64,000 bases of DNA from the NCBI GenBank assembly GCA_907165135.1, contig OU015569.1, positions 2,480,001 through 2,544,000 of the forward strand, read 5' to 3'. The DNA is from Oikopleura dioica (lineage: Eukaryota; Animalia; Chordata). Both the position numbers and the translations under genes were made by a program. Below, piece by piece: positions 1 through 11,717 of this stretch (position 1 is its first letter; each line of letters begins with the position of its first letter). Below the pieces are notes generated by a model that saw only the letters and a list, made by a program, of their open reading frames with translations, ran no database searches and was not told the DNA's origin.

Positions 1-205
1 TCGCTTGTAATTTTCATTGATCACGTTGAAATTCATCAATTGAATTCGCATAGTACAATAAACCCGACCAAGTGCGGTAATTATTCGCGATTGCGGACGG
101 AATTACGATTATTGCCAAGACAAATAAACTAAACTTTTTTCCTTACTTTCATCATTTTTTTTTCTCTGTGAAAAAGGGCCTTTTAAATCCGACGTGCTGG
201 GATTG

Positions 206-2130
206 ATGAGATGCTGGGAAAAGAAAAAGAATAAAAACGAATTCAGGAGTCGTCGAATTAAATCTTGGGTGCGGACAAAATGGGAAATGGTGCTGATATT
301 TTTGCTAATAGTCGTTGTGGTCCCCCAGATCCAGACGGTTTTCAAGCAACACCGCAAGCTACGGTTCAAAATGTCAATTTCTATATCCACTCGTTTTTCC
401 CCAAGCAAGAGCCCAAACTTGAACCGTGAAAAAAGAGAAACAAGCATAAACACAACTCTCCCACTGTCGAACCTTTGGTCCAAAAAACAAAAGTCGTTGT
501 CGTCGAACATGAGCGCGAAAAACAGCCTGATTACAGCCCAGATATAGTGAATGTAGTCGAGGAAGAAAAACACTGGGAAAAGGTCGATGAAAATATCAAG
601 AAAGAAAAAGATGATGATCTTAGCTCCGGATTTCACACTGTAAAATTTTTCTTGCAACATTGACATTTGTGAATCCAATCAAAGCCAAATTCTGGTGCCA
701 AGTTCAAATGTCCAAGAGGACTATCCGAGGCCAGAAGAACTGAGCGAAGAAGAGCACACAACGCAGCTTCCTCCGACTGAGAAACCTTTTATCCCAGAGG
801 CCGCAGAAGCTGGAACGGAAAAACAAGAGGAGCACGCTGCTGAGAAGACAAACATCCTTCGTGGCAGCGCTGATGTCTGGACACCAGAGACGGTTAAAAG
901 CGACGATGAACTGTTCGAAGCCGCCCTTGGAATGAACATGGGAGCACTGCCCAACCCCGATTTCGTCTATCACAACAAACTGCCTAAGTGCGGCTCGACA
1001 ACGATGCACGCAATCCTCGGCGTACTCAGTAGATGGAACAGCTTTCGATATTTGAAGCTAGAGCCCTCGTTGGTGAAATTCTTCGACGGCGAGAAAATGA
1101 GCAAGCTTATCAACACACTAGTGGAGAATAAAAAAGTCTCGAAGGAAAGCGGTGGTCCAGGGAATCTCCTATCTCTTTCGGGGTTATCTCGAAAATGCGA
1201 GAGTGTTGTAATGAAATTAGCATAGACCATCGAAAAGCCCTTTTTCATTTTCAAACATCATTACTACTTCAATGCGAGCATGTACGAGCTTGAGACGCCG
1301 ACCTGGATTAATGTCATTCGCGATCCGCTCAGGCGAGGTTTTGGACCAGCTTTACTATTGAGTTTTACTACTAGTAGCATCCAGTTAAAAAACCTTTCAA
1401 AAGCTGGTTCGAATCGAACTTTTACTTCAAACGCTTTGGCTGGGAAAGACAACCAGGAAGCCGGAGAAGAGAGGATCAAGATCTGACGATTGATAAATGC
1501 GTTGAAACGGGACATGAAGATTGCAAAAAAGTCAAGGTACTGCTTCTAGAAATCAGCGTTTCTCCTTGATTATTATTTGACCAAATATTCAACGTTCGTC
1601 TCAGTGGAAGTACAATCAATTCTTGTGCGGCAATGCCCCTGTATGTACAGGCCACTCGCCTGCTGAGAAACAGAAGGCGGCTGAAATCGCCAAGCACAAC
1701 ATCGCCAACAACTTTTTCCTCGTCGGCATTCTGGAGCAGTTTATTGACACCCTTCACGTCTTTGAGAAACTGATGCCGTCTTACTACAGCAGGTGAGGTG
1801 TTAACCTTTCTAATGTGGCCGAGTTAATACATAATCGTAAATCCGCCTTCAGAGCTGTCGAAGCTCTAAACTCACAAAGCGTGCAGCAGATTATCAATGC
1901 GACGAAAACGCAACACAAGACGCCCATGTCAGACGCGAGCAAAAACTACTTCAGGTGCAGTTTGTCTCGTTTCCATTGAAATTTCAGCTAAAAATAACGC
2001 TAGAAATGGACCGTTGAGGCACGAAATCGACGTCTACAACTTTGCAAAACGAATTTTCAACGAGAAAATGAAACGAGCAGGAATAGACCCTTATGTAAAG
2101 GTGAATCATTCTAAACGACTATATTTTTAA
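206..2130 (+). CDS. Golgi type II membrane sulfotransferase, heparan sulfate 2-O-/uronyl 2-O-sulfotransferase family (multi-exon)
   Basis: Basic N-tail plus TM (MVLIFLLIVVVVP), acidic stem, 5'-PSB motif HNKLPKCGSTT, then HHYYF and INVIRDPLSWFESNFYFKRFG (3'-PB, rebuilt across a GC-AG intron), QFLCG, FFLVGILEQF and EIDVYNFAKRIF; stop at 2130. Start codon uncertain. Confidence 0.9.
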
Positions 2131-2501
2131 ACTACTTATCCTAAGCCACCAAAAAACTGACCACGCTGCAGCCAAAAACGAATTCTTACTATGCCAATAA
2201 TATTTATTTGCACTTCTAATTCTTCATCATTATTATTATTATTTTAAAGTATTTAATATTACGAGTGTCCGATTTTCACTGAAACTTTGCCTGTTCATTG
2301 CTGGAGTAAACATGCTTTAATTATATTTCATTTTTAATTTTTAATTTCTATATTTTTTGACTTTAAGTTGTTGACAAAAATAGGGATTTTACATGTAGAG
2401 AGCCTTCATCGTCCGCCAAGGTCTAATTAAGGCACTTTTAATTATGAAATAAAGCTAAAGAGAGAGTCCTCAACAATCTCTTATTTAGAAGGGGTCGCCA
2501 A

Positions 2502-2689
2502 GCTGTGTCTGCAACCTGCGTCAAGGCCTGAGTCAGGGCCTGAGAAGTCTTAAATGAAAAGCCGCGTAGCGGCTTTTATGAAAACGAAGCCGCTAAAATA
2601 AAAACTAGATAAAAAATCGCTACGCGGCTTTTCATTCAAGACTTCTCAGGCCCTGACTCAGGCTTTGAACACAGGTTGCCAAGCCCAAC
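2502..2689. mobile_element. Foldback MITE family A, copy 1
   Basis: Long TIRs (GCAACCTGCG..CCTGAGTCAGGGCCTGAGAAGTCTT..AAAAGCCGCGTAGCG and its reverse complement); lies just 3' of the candidate peptide gene stop. Confidence 0.9.
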
Positions 2690-2699
2690 CCTTGAGACG

Positions 2700-3115
2700 T
2701 CAATATGCCTTTCCTTCGGTAAGCAGGGAGTAAAGCAACTCCACCTCGTCTTTCTTCTCCTGCTCGCGCTCCATAAACGTCAGCAGATTCGTAATGTACG
2801 AACTGAATAACAGTCATTAACAAAATAACCCTTTGATAGTTTTTTAATCGGCGTGTAAGATTGATTTGCGCGTGTTTTCGTTGGTACCTCCTTTTTTGCC
2901 GCGAGAGCTCTGATGATGACGAAAAGATGTCATTTGACTGGGTCAGGGATGAAAAATTAATTGAGCGGTACGAAATGGTCAATTTAGTAGATTTGATTTT
3001 TAGATGAACTTTATTTTTGGGTCTCTCGTTTTTGGGAGAAGGTCTCTAGATAAGCTTCATCCCTGTTCTGTGCGGCGGAGTTGAAGAGTGCCAAAATGAG
3101 CAAGAAGAATTGCAT
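2700..3115 (-). CDS. Candidate secreted peptide prohormone (signal peptide, KR/RQKR sites, GK amidation signal), 3 exons
   Basis: Exons about 3115-3026, 2937-2888 and 2802-2700 give MQFFLLILALFNSAAQNRDEAYLETFSQKR|SNDIFSSSSELSRQKRS|SYITNLLTFMEREQEKKDEVELLYSLLTEGKAY*. Intron 2 is canonical GT-AG and in phase; intron 1 needs a GA donor; the last exon has GC3-rich, coding-like codons. Confidence 0.6.
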
Positions 3116-3364
3116 CGTGCTGCTTATCTTATCTGGATATTTTCTTAAAATTGATAACGAGTTCTTTGTGTAACTGAGTTCTTGGCCAGGCGAGCTTATT
3201 TATAGCCTTTTGGTTAAAAATTAATACAAGCCCAGCTTCGCCGCTGATTATTCTTGCAGGAAGAAACAAATTGTTGCAGAGTACGCAATTGACAAGAGTC
3301 AGGGTTAACATCGCTTTTTAGAAGATACAAATTTCTCTCTCTATAAATATTTTGAACTTTTGAT

Positions 3365-3460
3365 GCTAGGCTCGACAACCTGTGAAAAAACCTGAGTCAG
3401 GGCCTGAAGAGTTCTTTCAGGCCCTGACTCAGGTTTTCTGCACCTGTTGCCGAGCTCAGC
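3365..3460. mobile_element. MITE family A, copy 2 (minimal, TIR-only hairpin)
   Basis: Almost pure inverted repeat; flanked by the direct repeat TTTGAT (3359-3364 and 3461-3466). Confidence 0.92.
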
Positions 3461-5355
3461 TTTGATCTTTGATATCTTCAGAAGAAATTCAAGGACAGAA
3501 AAATATAAGAAAAGGCCCAAAAGAAAGATCTTTCTCTTTGCAATTAATAATGACACGGGAAGGGGTCTTTTCCTCTCGGCTTGATGGAAAACGGTTTAGA
3601 CTACTCCACGAGAAGCAGCTCAGCTGTACATATAACGCCTGTATATCCAGTAATAATATTATTTTGCTCCTATAAAATCACCTTTCAATCAATGATGCGA
3701 CTTACGAGAGTAATCGCTATTGAATTCAAAATGGCGGAAATTTAGGATTTTGGATGGAAGTAACGGTGTTTCTCTGAGCTGAGATCGAGTTGGAAGAGTT
3801 TTTTTCTGGAGCTTTTTTGAAGATGTATTGAGTTAGAATCGATTCGAGGGAGACTGGTTTAATATAAATGATGGCATCTCAATAGTTCAGTGAAGAGGTT
3901 AATATTAAGAGAGGTACAGTGGCCTGGCGCGATTTGAGTCGTCACTGGGTATCCCATTTCAGTGGCCGTTCCAGACTCTTACGTTGGGCCACTTACCGCC
4001 CGGTGACGTCCTTTCTCCAAAATCTCAAATCAAACTCGCCTCTCTATTTATTGTCGCCGAATTCCAACATTTTCTCAACGGAAACAAAGACCCCCTTTCT
4101 CTTTTTAAAAAAACTACCAAATAAAAAGCTAAATTAAATTTGCAAAACTATCTTCACAATACAATAATTTCTGTTAATAATGAATAGTATCATGTGGATC
4201 ATCGTGCATGCGTTCCCCCGAGACAATCATTGAAAAGAATTAACTTAAACCCCCAAAAATATATTAATTTTTCTAGGCTGCCTTTTGTCAAGTTATTGAA
4301 AATAGCCCTACTTTGAGGGGATTTTCGACCGAATTTTTTTGGCAAAAATTTTTTCTAGTTTTCGACGCCTGATTTTTTCAACCCTTTTCTATCCACCAGT
4401 AGACTCAGATTTTCCCATCTACTCCGGTTTTCCCGCATTTTTGGTCACGGAAATCCCGATTCTGGTCGACCCCCCCCCTTAACTAGTCAAAATACCCCTA
4501 CTTCGATCACTTGAAGTCATTTATCGCGTTTTTTTTTTGTTTCTAAGAGCAAAAAAGGAATGACTACTTGATGAGAATCGAGTCTGTCTGTGTTTCGATT
4601 TCCGGCGTCTCTAAAGGGTCTCTAAAGATTGACAGATGATTAGTTCTTGGCAGGGCGTCTAGGTTTACAACAGAATCTACCTTCCCGTGTTCATGCTGCC
4701 AGATGTTGGAGATAAGCGAGAATAATTAGCGCCGCTAATTGGAAAATTTCTGCATTATCACGTGTTCCCGCGGTGGTGGAAAGTTTTTAGGAATCCGGTA
4801 CCAGCTCGAGCAAGTAGCGAAAAAAAGCTGCTTCCAGCTCTTCTCAGTCAAAGTTAACCCTTAAAGTTTTGAAAGAATTGGGGGCTGAAAGAATAGCATT
4901 TGAATATATACAACGTGAATCTTTTTCCGGTATGAGCAAATGTTTAAAATTAAGAGTCTTGTTATTGCTCTTAATTACGGTGGCAGAGCAGCGAGAGTAA
5001 CTCCAACTCAGGAGCAGTTCTGTTCTTTTTTCTCTCTGTTTTGTTCTGGTTTTTCAGACCGAGACGGTAAATCTGACTGCCGAGTGTCTGTCAACTTTGG
5101 TTTGATAAATCATCATCGCCAATTCAAAATTCAATAGCTTGAATATTCAAAATAAAGGAAGAGGGTTTTTACCCCACTTGTTACTTTTCTCCTGCAAGAA
5201 AAAAAAACTTCTTAGCGATGGAAAGAATGGGGGCATTATTGGATCAAATGATCTTGATCATCCACGTGTTAATCAGTCTTTTTGTGGATCCTGTCCATTT
5301 TGGAGCCTTCTTTCAGTTTATTTTCTTCCAAAGAAGAACCTGCCTATTCGTCGCC

Positions 5356-5470
5356 GCAGTGACTCGGTGGCCTGTGAAGAAAACCTGAGTCAGGGTCTGA
5401 AAGATCTCAAATGAAAGGCCTTTCATTCAGACACTGACTCAGGTTTTTTTCGCAGGTCGTCGAGCCTAGC
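5356..5470. mobile_element. MITE family A, copy 3
   Basis: AAAACCTGAGTCAGGGTCTGA...CTGACTCAGGTTTT..CAGGTCGTCGAGCCTAGC. Confidence 0.85.
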
Positions 5471-6273
5471 ACATTGATTCGTGAACTTTGCAGTCATCGG
5501 TAATTGAGGAATTAATCAAAAAATGATCGTTTCATCAGATTTTAATCGAGTAACATAAGCTCGTTAAGTATTCAACTATCGACAGCTTAGGCGGAGATAG
5601 GCTAGAAAAGCGCGCGCGCGATGGCCACCTAGTAGCGGTGTCGCTCTTTCGTATTCACGATTGATGCTCAATAAGCTTACTACTCTATTCATACTTTTCA
5701 CGCTAGAAAAGGAAGAGGAGGACTCGAAACTCGATAGTAGCAGTTTGAAAAAAAAAATCGCCGAATTGACAGTTTTGAATTGAAAAAAAAGGATGCGACT
5801 TTTTAGGTTTCTGACGCTGTGCACGGGCACAATTCACGCACAATTACAAGAGAAACCAGGTAAATGAATACAACAGAAAAACAGAGATGGGGTTCAAACT
5901 TTCTTCGGGATAATGCAGCAGACCATTCCCTCTGTTAATATTTAATGCTTGAGTAGAAAGGGAAACGTTTCAATACTGGGCTGCTATGAGAGTGACAAGG
6001 AATATATTAGTTATTCTTCTTTTTGCTGATGCTAGTTTTGTCGAGCTGCTCTTATTGCGTTTAGGTTACTGTGGAAATAGGCACATACTATTATGCAAAT
6101 ACTCATACCGGTGGCAATTAGGGGCTGGTGATATCTTTTTCGATTCAGAATCGACGATTCACAATTAGGACCCATTTTCAGTTGCTGCAAAAATCCTCTG
6201 ATTCCCGATCCCTTACCCTGAGCTCGGTTGCCTGTATAGAAAACAAGAAAATAATAAAAAAATGATAATTTTG

Positions 6274-6373
6274 TCGAAGCCACTTTGCGGCTTCGTTTTC
6301 GAAAAAGCCGCTAAGCGGCTTTTCATTTAAGCTCTTCAGAACTCAGGTTTTCTACACAGGTTGTCGAGACCAG
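6274..6373. mobile_element. MITE family A, right-arm fragment
   Basis: AAAGCCGCTAAGCGGCTTTT..ACTCAGGTTTTCTACACAGGTTGTCGAGACCAG. Confidence 0.8.
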
Positions 6374-6691
6374 ACCTAACCCATATTTTTATATCTGTTA
6401 TTTTTGGAGTCAAGCTTCTTTAAAGCGCAATCTTAAATCAGTTTCTAAAATCATCCCCATTTTAACCACGACTATTTAAATAAAAATCCCTAATTGCCTC
6501 CGATCCAGCTCATCACTCTTCTAACTGTCTCCCTTTTTCGGTAGTCATCGAGCGCGCATAAAAATGCTAATCGTGGCATCATTTTAATTCTGGGCCGTCC
6601 ACGTCTTTTCACGCGCGTCCGGAAGAATTATGACAGTGCTTGGATTTCTCAACACGGTGCAGTTCTCACGACTCATCATTTTTCTTTTCAG

Positions 6692-9600
6692 AATTCGAAT
6701 TTGAAGTTCATCATCGAGGCGGCGAAAATAAGATCTACACCTGGAGGGAGGCCAAAAACTATTGCCAATCGTAAGTCCAAGGGAAATCGCCATTTGGGCT
6801 CGGCAACCTGTGTAGAAACCTGAGTCAGGGTTCTGAAAAGAGCTTCAGTAAAAAGCCGCGTAGCTGTTATTTCATAAACGAAGACACAAAACAGCTTCTC
6901 TAGAATACAAAAATCGGTTAAAATGGTAACTTTGGCGAAGCCGCTTTGCGGCTTTATTTTTTTAAAAAGCCGCTACGCGGCTTTCGTTTTAAAATAACAA
7001 GCATTTTTTAAACTCTGGTTGTCAACCTCGAGTTCAAGGAGAATTACCATAAAAACACTTGAAAAAAAAGGATAGATATATGCAGATCGGAAAGATTAGA
7101 GATTACCGTTGCTCTGCATACAAATAACGCTCTTCTTATTCATCATTCAGGATATACGATGGTTGGCAATTGGTGATCGTGAACTCGCCCGTAAAGCAAG
7201 AAGCACTTGAGAAGGCCTTTCTCAAAGCCGGGGCACAGGACGAAGATGCGCTCTGGATCGGTTTCATGAACGAAGACGGCTGGGGAGCCAACTCGGCCGA
7301 TCCCGCGTTGACCACCGATCTGTACGGAAACCGCGCGGTTTACACCAACTATGGCCCAGGAGAGCCAAACAACAAACGTGGCAGCCCGAAAGATGAAAGA
7401 GGCGAAAACTGCGTCCGAATGGTTTTCTTTCAATTACTTGAATATCAGTCAATTTAAAATATTATTTTCAGCGATACAAGAAGAAAAAGTTCTTCTGGGA
7501 AGATGCTCTTTGCGGTCGAGGAGATACCATCAAATCGGGAAAGAACAAGAAAGCTTACAAAAACTCCTTTGCGTGTGAACCAAGGAACGTTGAAAAAAAG
7601 ATAAAATGAAGATAAATTGCAAATTTTTGGAAAATTAAGATTCAAGCAAACGGACTTTTTTTCAACTTGAAAGACCTCTGATGGATCTTGGTCCTTGTGA
7701 CAAACTGCCAGAAGAAGAAATCCCACAAGACGACAATTACCGCATTTTTCCAGCGGAAAAGCTTGGCTACAACGAAGCAAGAGCGAAGTGCCAAGCGCTT
7801 GACGAAGAAGAAACCGACAATTCGGGCAAGTGGGATCTCGTCGTTTTCGAGCAAGAAGAAGAACTGCAGTACGTGAAGATGTTGATCAACTGCCTTCCAG
7901 AGTCGTTTTGGGTGGGGTACCGCGAGAAAGACGGACTAGCGCTGGATGCGTTTGGCCGAAAGCCTCAAATCGAAATTCCTTGGTGGGTCAACAAGCCTTC
8001 CGGGGACCTCGACGACCCGAATAATCCTGGAGAGAACTGTGTCAGGATGCAAAACGGAAAGTTCACGGATGAAGAATGCACCAACGCCAACACTGGCCAG
8101 ATGAGAGAAGGGCTAGGCGTTGGCTTTGTCTGCGAACGGCACACGCACATTATTTACGACGTAAGTTTCGACTGGGCTCGGGAACCTGTGTAGAAGACCT
8201 GAGTCACGGTCCTGAGAAGGAGCTGTAATTTATAGCCTATAAAGAAAATAGCAGCGTAGCGGCTTTTTAACGAAGCCGCCAAGTAACTTCGCCAATAGTA
8301 CCCTTTCAATCAATATTTTAAATTTTCAGTCAGACCCTGACTCAGGTTTCTACTCAGATTCCATAAATTATCTTCTCAATCTATTTCTAAAACTCTGGCG
8401 AAGCCGACTTCGTTTTCAAAAAAGCCGCTACGCGGCTTTTCATTCAAGCCCTTTCAGGACTCTGACTCAGGTTTTCTACGCAGGTCGCGGAACGCGCAAG
8501 TTCGAGCAAAAGTTTAGATGGAAATAATGCAGTTCTAAACTCGTAGTAAATTAGAACCACCTTAAGTTGCTCTTATCACAACGTTCTTGAGCATAATCCC
8601 TTACGCGAAATTTTTGATATACGCGGCTTTGGACAGCTTTTTTCTCTCTTTTTCCTAAATCGGTGGACCGTTAATCCGTCAACGTGAAAATAGATATTCA
8701 TCGAAATAAATCGCGTGATTAAGGAGGAGCCGGCCAAAACATGCGAAACCAACGAGCATGGAATTCTGCCGTTTCGAGTGCAAAAGGGTTGTCCCACCCC
8801 GAGCTACTGCACAGCTACGTCGGAGATCGTCGACGCCTGGTCCGTCCAGAAAAGAGGAAAGGGAACTTCGTTCGGCCTGGCGCTGAAGGTTTCCATTCCA
8901 AACCGGTTCAGGAACAGTTTCGAAAGCATTTCGCAATCAGAAATCAGCCGGCTTGTTTTCGAGAACGAGGCCCGTTCCAGCTCATTTGATAAATAACTAT
9001 CTATACCGAATAAATTGTGAGAAACTGGCATGAGATGGGAAAACAAAGCAGTCGGGTATTCGATACTTATCCGCTTCCCACAAGACATCATCTCGGCTAA
9101 TTTTCAAGGGATGGGATTCTTCTTTTCATTTACGTGAAATCGTTTTCGTTGACTCTCACAGTGAAGAATGACGATATTTCTCATGGTCGTTGACTTTCTC
9201 ATTGTGAGACCAAGCCTCTTCTACCAACCCTAACCCTAACCCCTCTTATTTCAGAGGAATTGATAGAATTAACAATTTTCAATTGAAATCCCAAAAAAGT
9301 TTTTAATTTCAATTTTTTCAATTTTTACAAAAGCGGTTCGGAAGTGCTTTTGCACTCAAAGTTTTACACAAACCCAAGCAACGACGGGTTTGATTTAGAT
9401 AAGAACTCGTTTCTCTTGCTTGTGGAGGGATTGCCCCGACGAGTCCATCCAACTGCGCTGGCTTTCAAAGGAAGAGTCAAAAGACATGAGTGCTTTGATC
9501 CGTCGATGCATGCTAGATCTGGATGTAAGTTCCACCGTGTGCTCGATGACCTGTGTAGAAAGCCTGAGGTTCTGAAAAGCTTAAATTAAAAGACGCGTAG

Positions 9601-9948
9601 CGGCTTCGCTAACATTTTAAAATAGATAAGAGTGATTGTTTTGCGAAGCGGTTTTTCATTTTTCATTTAGCTCTTGAGAACCTGACTCAGGTTTTCTACA
9701 CAGGTTCCACCAATTCATCATTATATGAATGATGTTCTTCATTATCACTATTCTGGCAAAAAATGAATTTCATTATAGGGGGACGACCTGGAAAGCCAGC
9801 ATTTAGCTCTGACATTCGCCAGTTTGCAAAGGATAAGTACGGCAGCGATGTAACTCTCGACAATGTCCAGAGCTTTGGCATTCGCAACGGCGCATTGAAA
9901 CGCGTCCGGGCAAAATCGCTGAAGCAAAAGAAGGACACTCTTTTGTAA
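6692..9948 (+). CDS. Secreted protein with two C-type lectin domains and a C-terminal CBM2-like beta domain (5' end unresolved)
   Basis: CTLD1: TWREAKNYCQS..WQLVIVNS..LWIG..EPNN..ENCVRM..WEDALC..FACE. CTLD2: YNEARAKC..WDLVVF..FWVGY..ENCVRM..FTDEEC..FVCE. Then CPTPSYC..VDAW..GYSILIRFP..ANFQVFNFNFFNFY..EVLLHSK..HECFD; stop at 9948. Exon phases are consistent if one GA and one GG donor are used. Confidence 0.8.
6795..6990. mobile_element. MITE family A, intronic copy lacking the right terminus
   Basis: TGGGCTCGGCAACCTGTGTAGAAACCTGAGTCAGG plus internal GCCGC hairpins; starts about 24 nt after the donor at 6771. Confidence 0.85.
8171..8492. mobile_element. MITE family A, intronic copy plus an extra right arm (compound)
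   Basis: Left TIR about 11 nt after the donor at 8161; right TIRs at about 8335-8362 and 8455-8492. Confidence 0.8.
9225..9243. repeat. Short interstitial (CCCTAA)n telomere-like tract
   Basis: caaccctaaccctaaccc inside the GG-AG intron; only about three units. Confidence 0.4.
9538..9706. mobile_element. MITE family A, intronic copy
   Basis: GACCTGTGTAGAAAGCCTGAG...CCTGACTCAGGTTTTCTACACAGGTT; about 13 nt after the donor at 9525. Confidence 0.85.
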
Positions 9949-10523
9949 GATAGAAGAAGATAAAAAGAAGAAACGCCGATTGTAAAGACCCTCGCGAAGA
10001 TGTATCCAAAACTATTCATTCCATTATTAGCCTGCTGTAAATAAAGTCTTTTCTATTTTAACACTTGTCTTGAAAAAATGATGCAGATGGCAGTTTCTTT
10101 AAAAATAAAGTCAAAAACCGTGGGAGAAAGGACCGGGGCGATACGAGCGAGCTTGTGGAGGGAGATTCTTTTAGCTCTCCGAGGCGCTCTTTGACTGTTA
10201 TTTTTGAGTTTTTGAAAGGGCGCTCCTCATTCCGTCTCACCGACCTCGAGCTTGAAACCTTTTTTTATGCAACTCGACAACAACAAGGACGACTCCCAGC
10301 CAATAAACGCCACCATTTTGCGCCATAAAAGCCCGCGTCGAGCAGGTTCTTCCTCAGTCGAGCTCGAGCATCAGCACGAGAAAGAAAGAGATAGAGATAA
10401 AGTCCTTCTTTGCGCTTTTTTCTAGCTTTTCTTTTGAGTTCTAAAAGTTTCCTATTTTCAGAATAGTCGGTATTGCTTTCGATGAGTCGCAATGCCAACG
10501 ACAGAGGACCTTGATTTATCAAA

Positions 10524-10975
10524 ATGCTACTGAATCAACGATCTTCGGTTCTTAGGCAATTCTTGGTCATAGATTCCTTGCCCTCAGCAAGAACGAATCT
10601 ATGCCATGAGGAAATACAAAAAAACAAGCGCCATGAAAAACTATTGATGTCCGAAACTGACCGCAGTCGTAAGTACCAACTTTCACGGCGAGTTTTTCTA
10701 ACAGAACTGCTCTAGAATACTACTGCGCGACGATTCAAAAACCAAACTGCCGAAAAGTTTCAATCTTTTAAATCTACTTTTACTGACTACTTAATCACTG
10801 AGTTTCCTATGCCCGTTAGCGCAAGGCACCCCCTTGCTCGAATATTGTTCTTGAAAATCATACAGTGACAGGCTGGGTTTTCCTTGAAGAATATTCGAGT
10901 TCCGAGTTTCGGATCCACATTCACCGCTCAGAGCTGGCTTACCCTCGCTGTAAAGCTGTAGATCTCAAGATCTAA
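10524..10975 (+). CDS. Possible small uncharacterised gene
   Basis: Two canonical GT-AG introns (10669-10715 and 10757-10819) keep one frame open: ..MSETDRSQYYCATIQKPNCRKRKAPPCSNIVLENHTVTGWVFLEEYSSSEFRIHIHRSELAYPRCKAVDLKI*. No recognisable domain; 5' end unclear. Confidence 0.35.
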
Positions 10976-11597
10976 ATCTCTTTTTTTTTAATGTTTGCTT
11001 AGTTGTCTTTATGTCAAGCATTTGTATATTTTCGCGATTGTCATTTTAAAAATTTTTAAAAAGTAAAAAAAAACAAAAAAAAATTAAAAAATAGTTCAAA
11101 AAAAAGCATAAAAATAAAAAAACCGAAAAAAATGTAAATTTATCTAAGACCCTAAAAATAGCTCGCTAGATGCCAAATGTATAATTGCTTTGCCGCCATG
11201 CCTTTACTATTAATTCATTTTACTCCACGGATAATCTATGGAGACATAGAAAATCTAAAAAAGCTCTAAAAACCTGTGTGCAGACAAAAAAAAATAAAAT
11301 TTTTCAACTTAGTGAAAACCCGCTCGAATAACCGAAAACCCCACTTGTTCACAAACTCGTTAGAATTCTCTCCAGTGATATGGTTTTAATATTTGCCGAA
11401 TTTAAATTACCGACCCTACTTGACAAATGACTCCAGCTTACAAACACCTGACTAGTCCCTGAATACGGATTTTAACCCTATATTACCATGACCCTATTAT
11501 AATCAATCCTGAATCAACTTCCCCTGAAATAAATATTCCTGAAAAAAAATCTTAGTTCAATGCATTCAAAAAAGCAATTTATCTTTTGAATAACGCT

Positions 11598-11717
11598 CGT
11601 GGGCTCGGCAACACGTGTAGAAAACCTGAGTCAGGTTCTGAAGAGAGGTTCGCAAAGCGGCTTGGCAGGCTCTTCAGAGCCTGACTCAGGTTTTCTACAC
11701 AGGTTGCCGAACCCAGT
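11598..11717. mobile_element. MITE family A, short copy
   Basis: Both TIRs are near consensus; flanks AACGCT and CACGGT match at 4 of 6 positions. Confidence 0.9.

Noticed and set aside
109-678. 189-aa minus-strand ORF
   Set aside because: Antisense shadow of the sulfotransferase 5' exons; Phe-rich composition typical of reverse-read A-rich coding sequence.
5218-5390. Hydrophobic 57-aa ORF (MERMGALLDQMILIIHVLISLF..) as the first exon of the lectin gene
   Set aside because: It runs into a MITE and I could not link it in phase to the exon at 6692.
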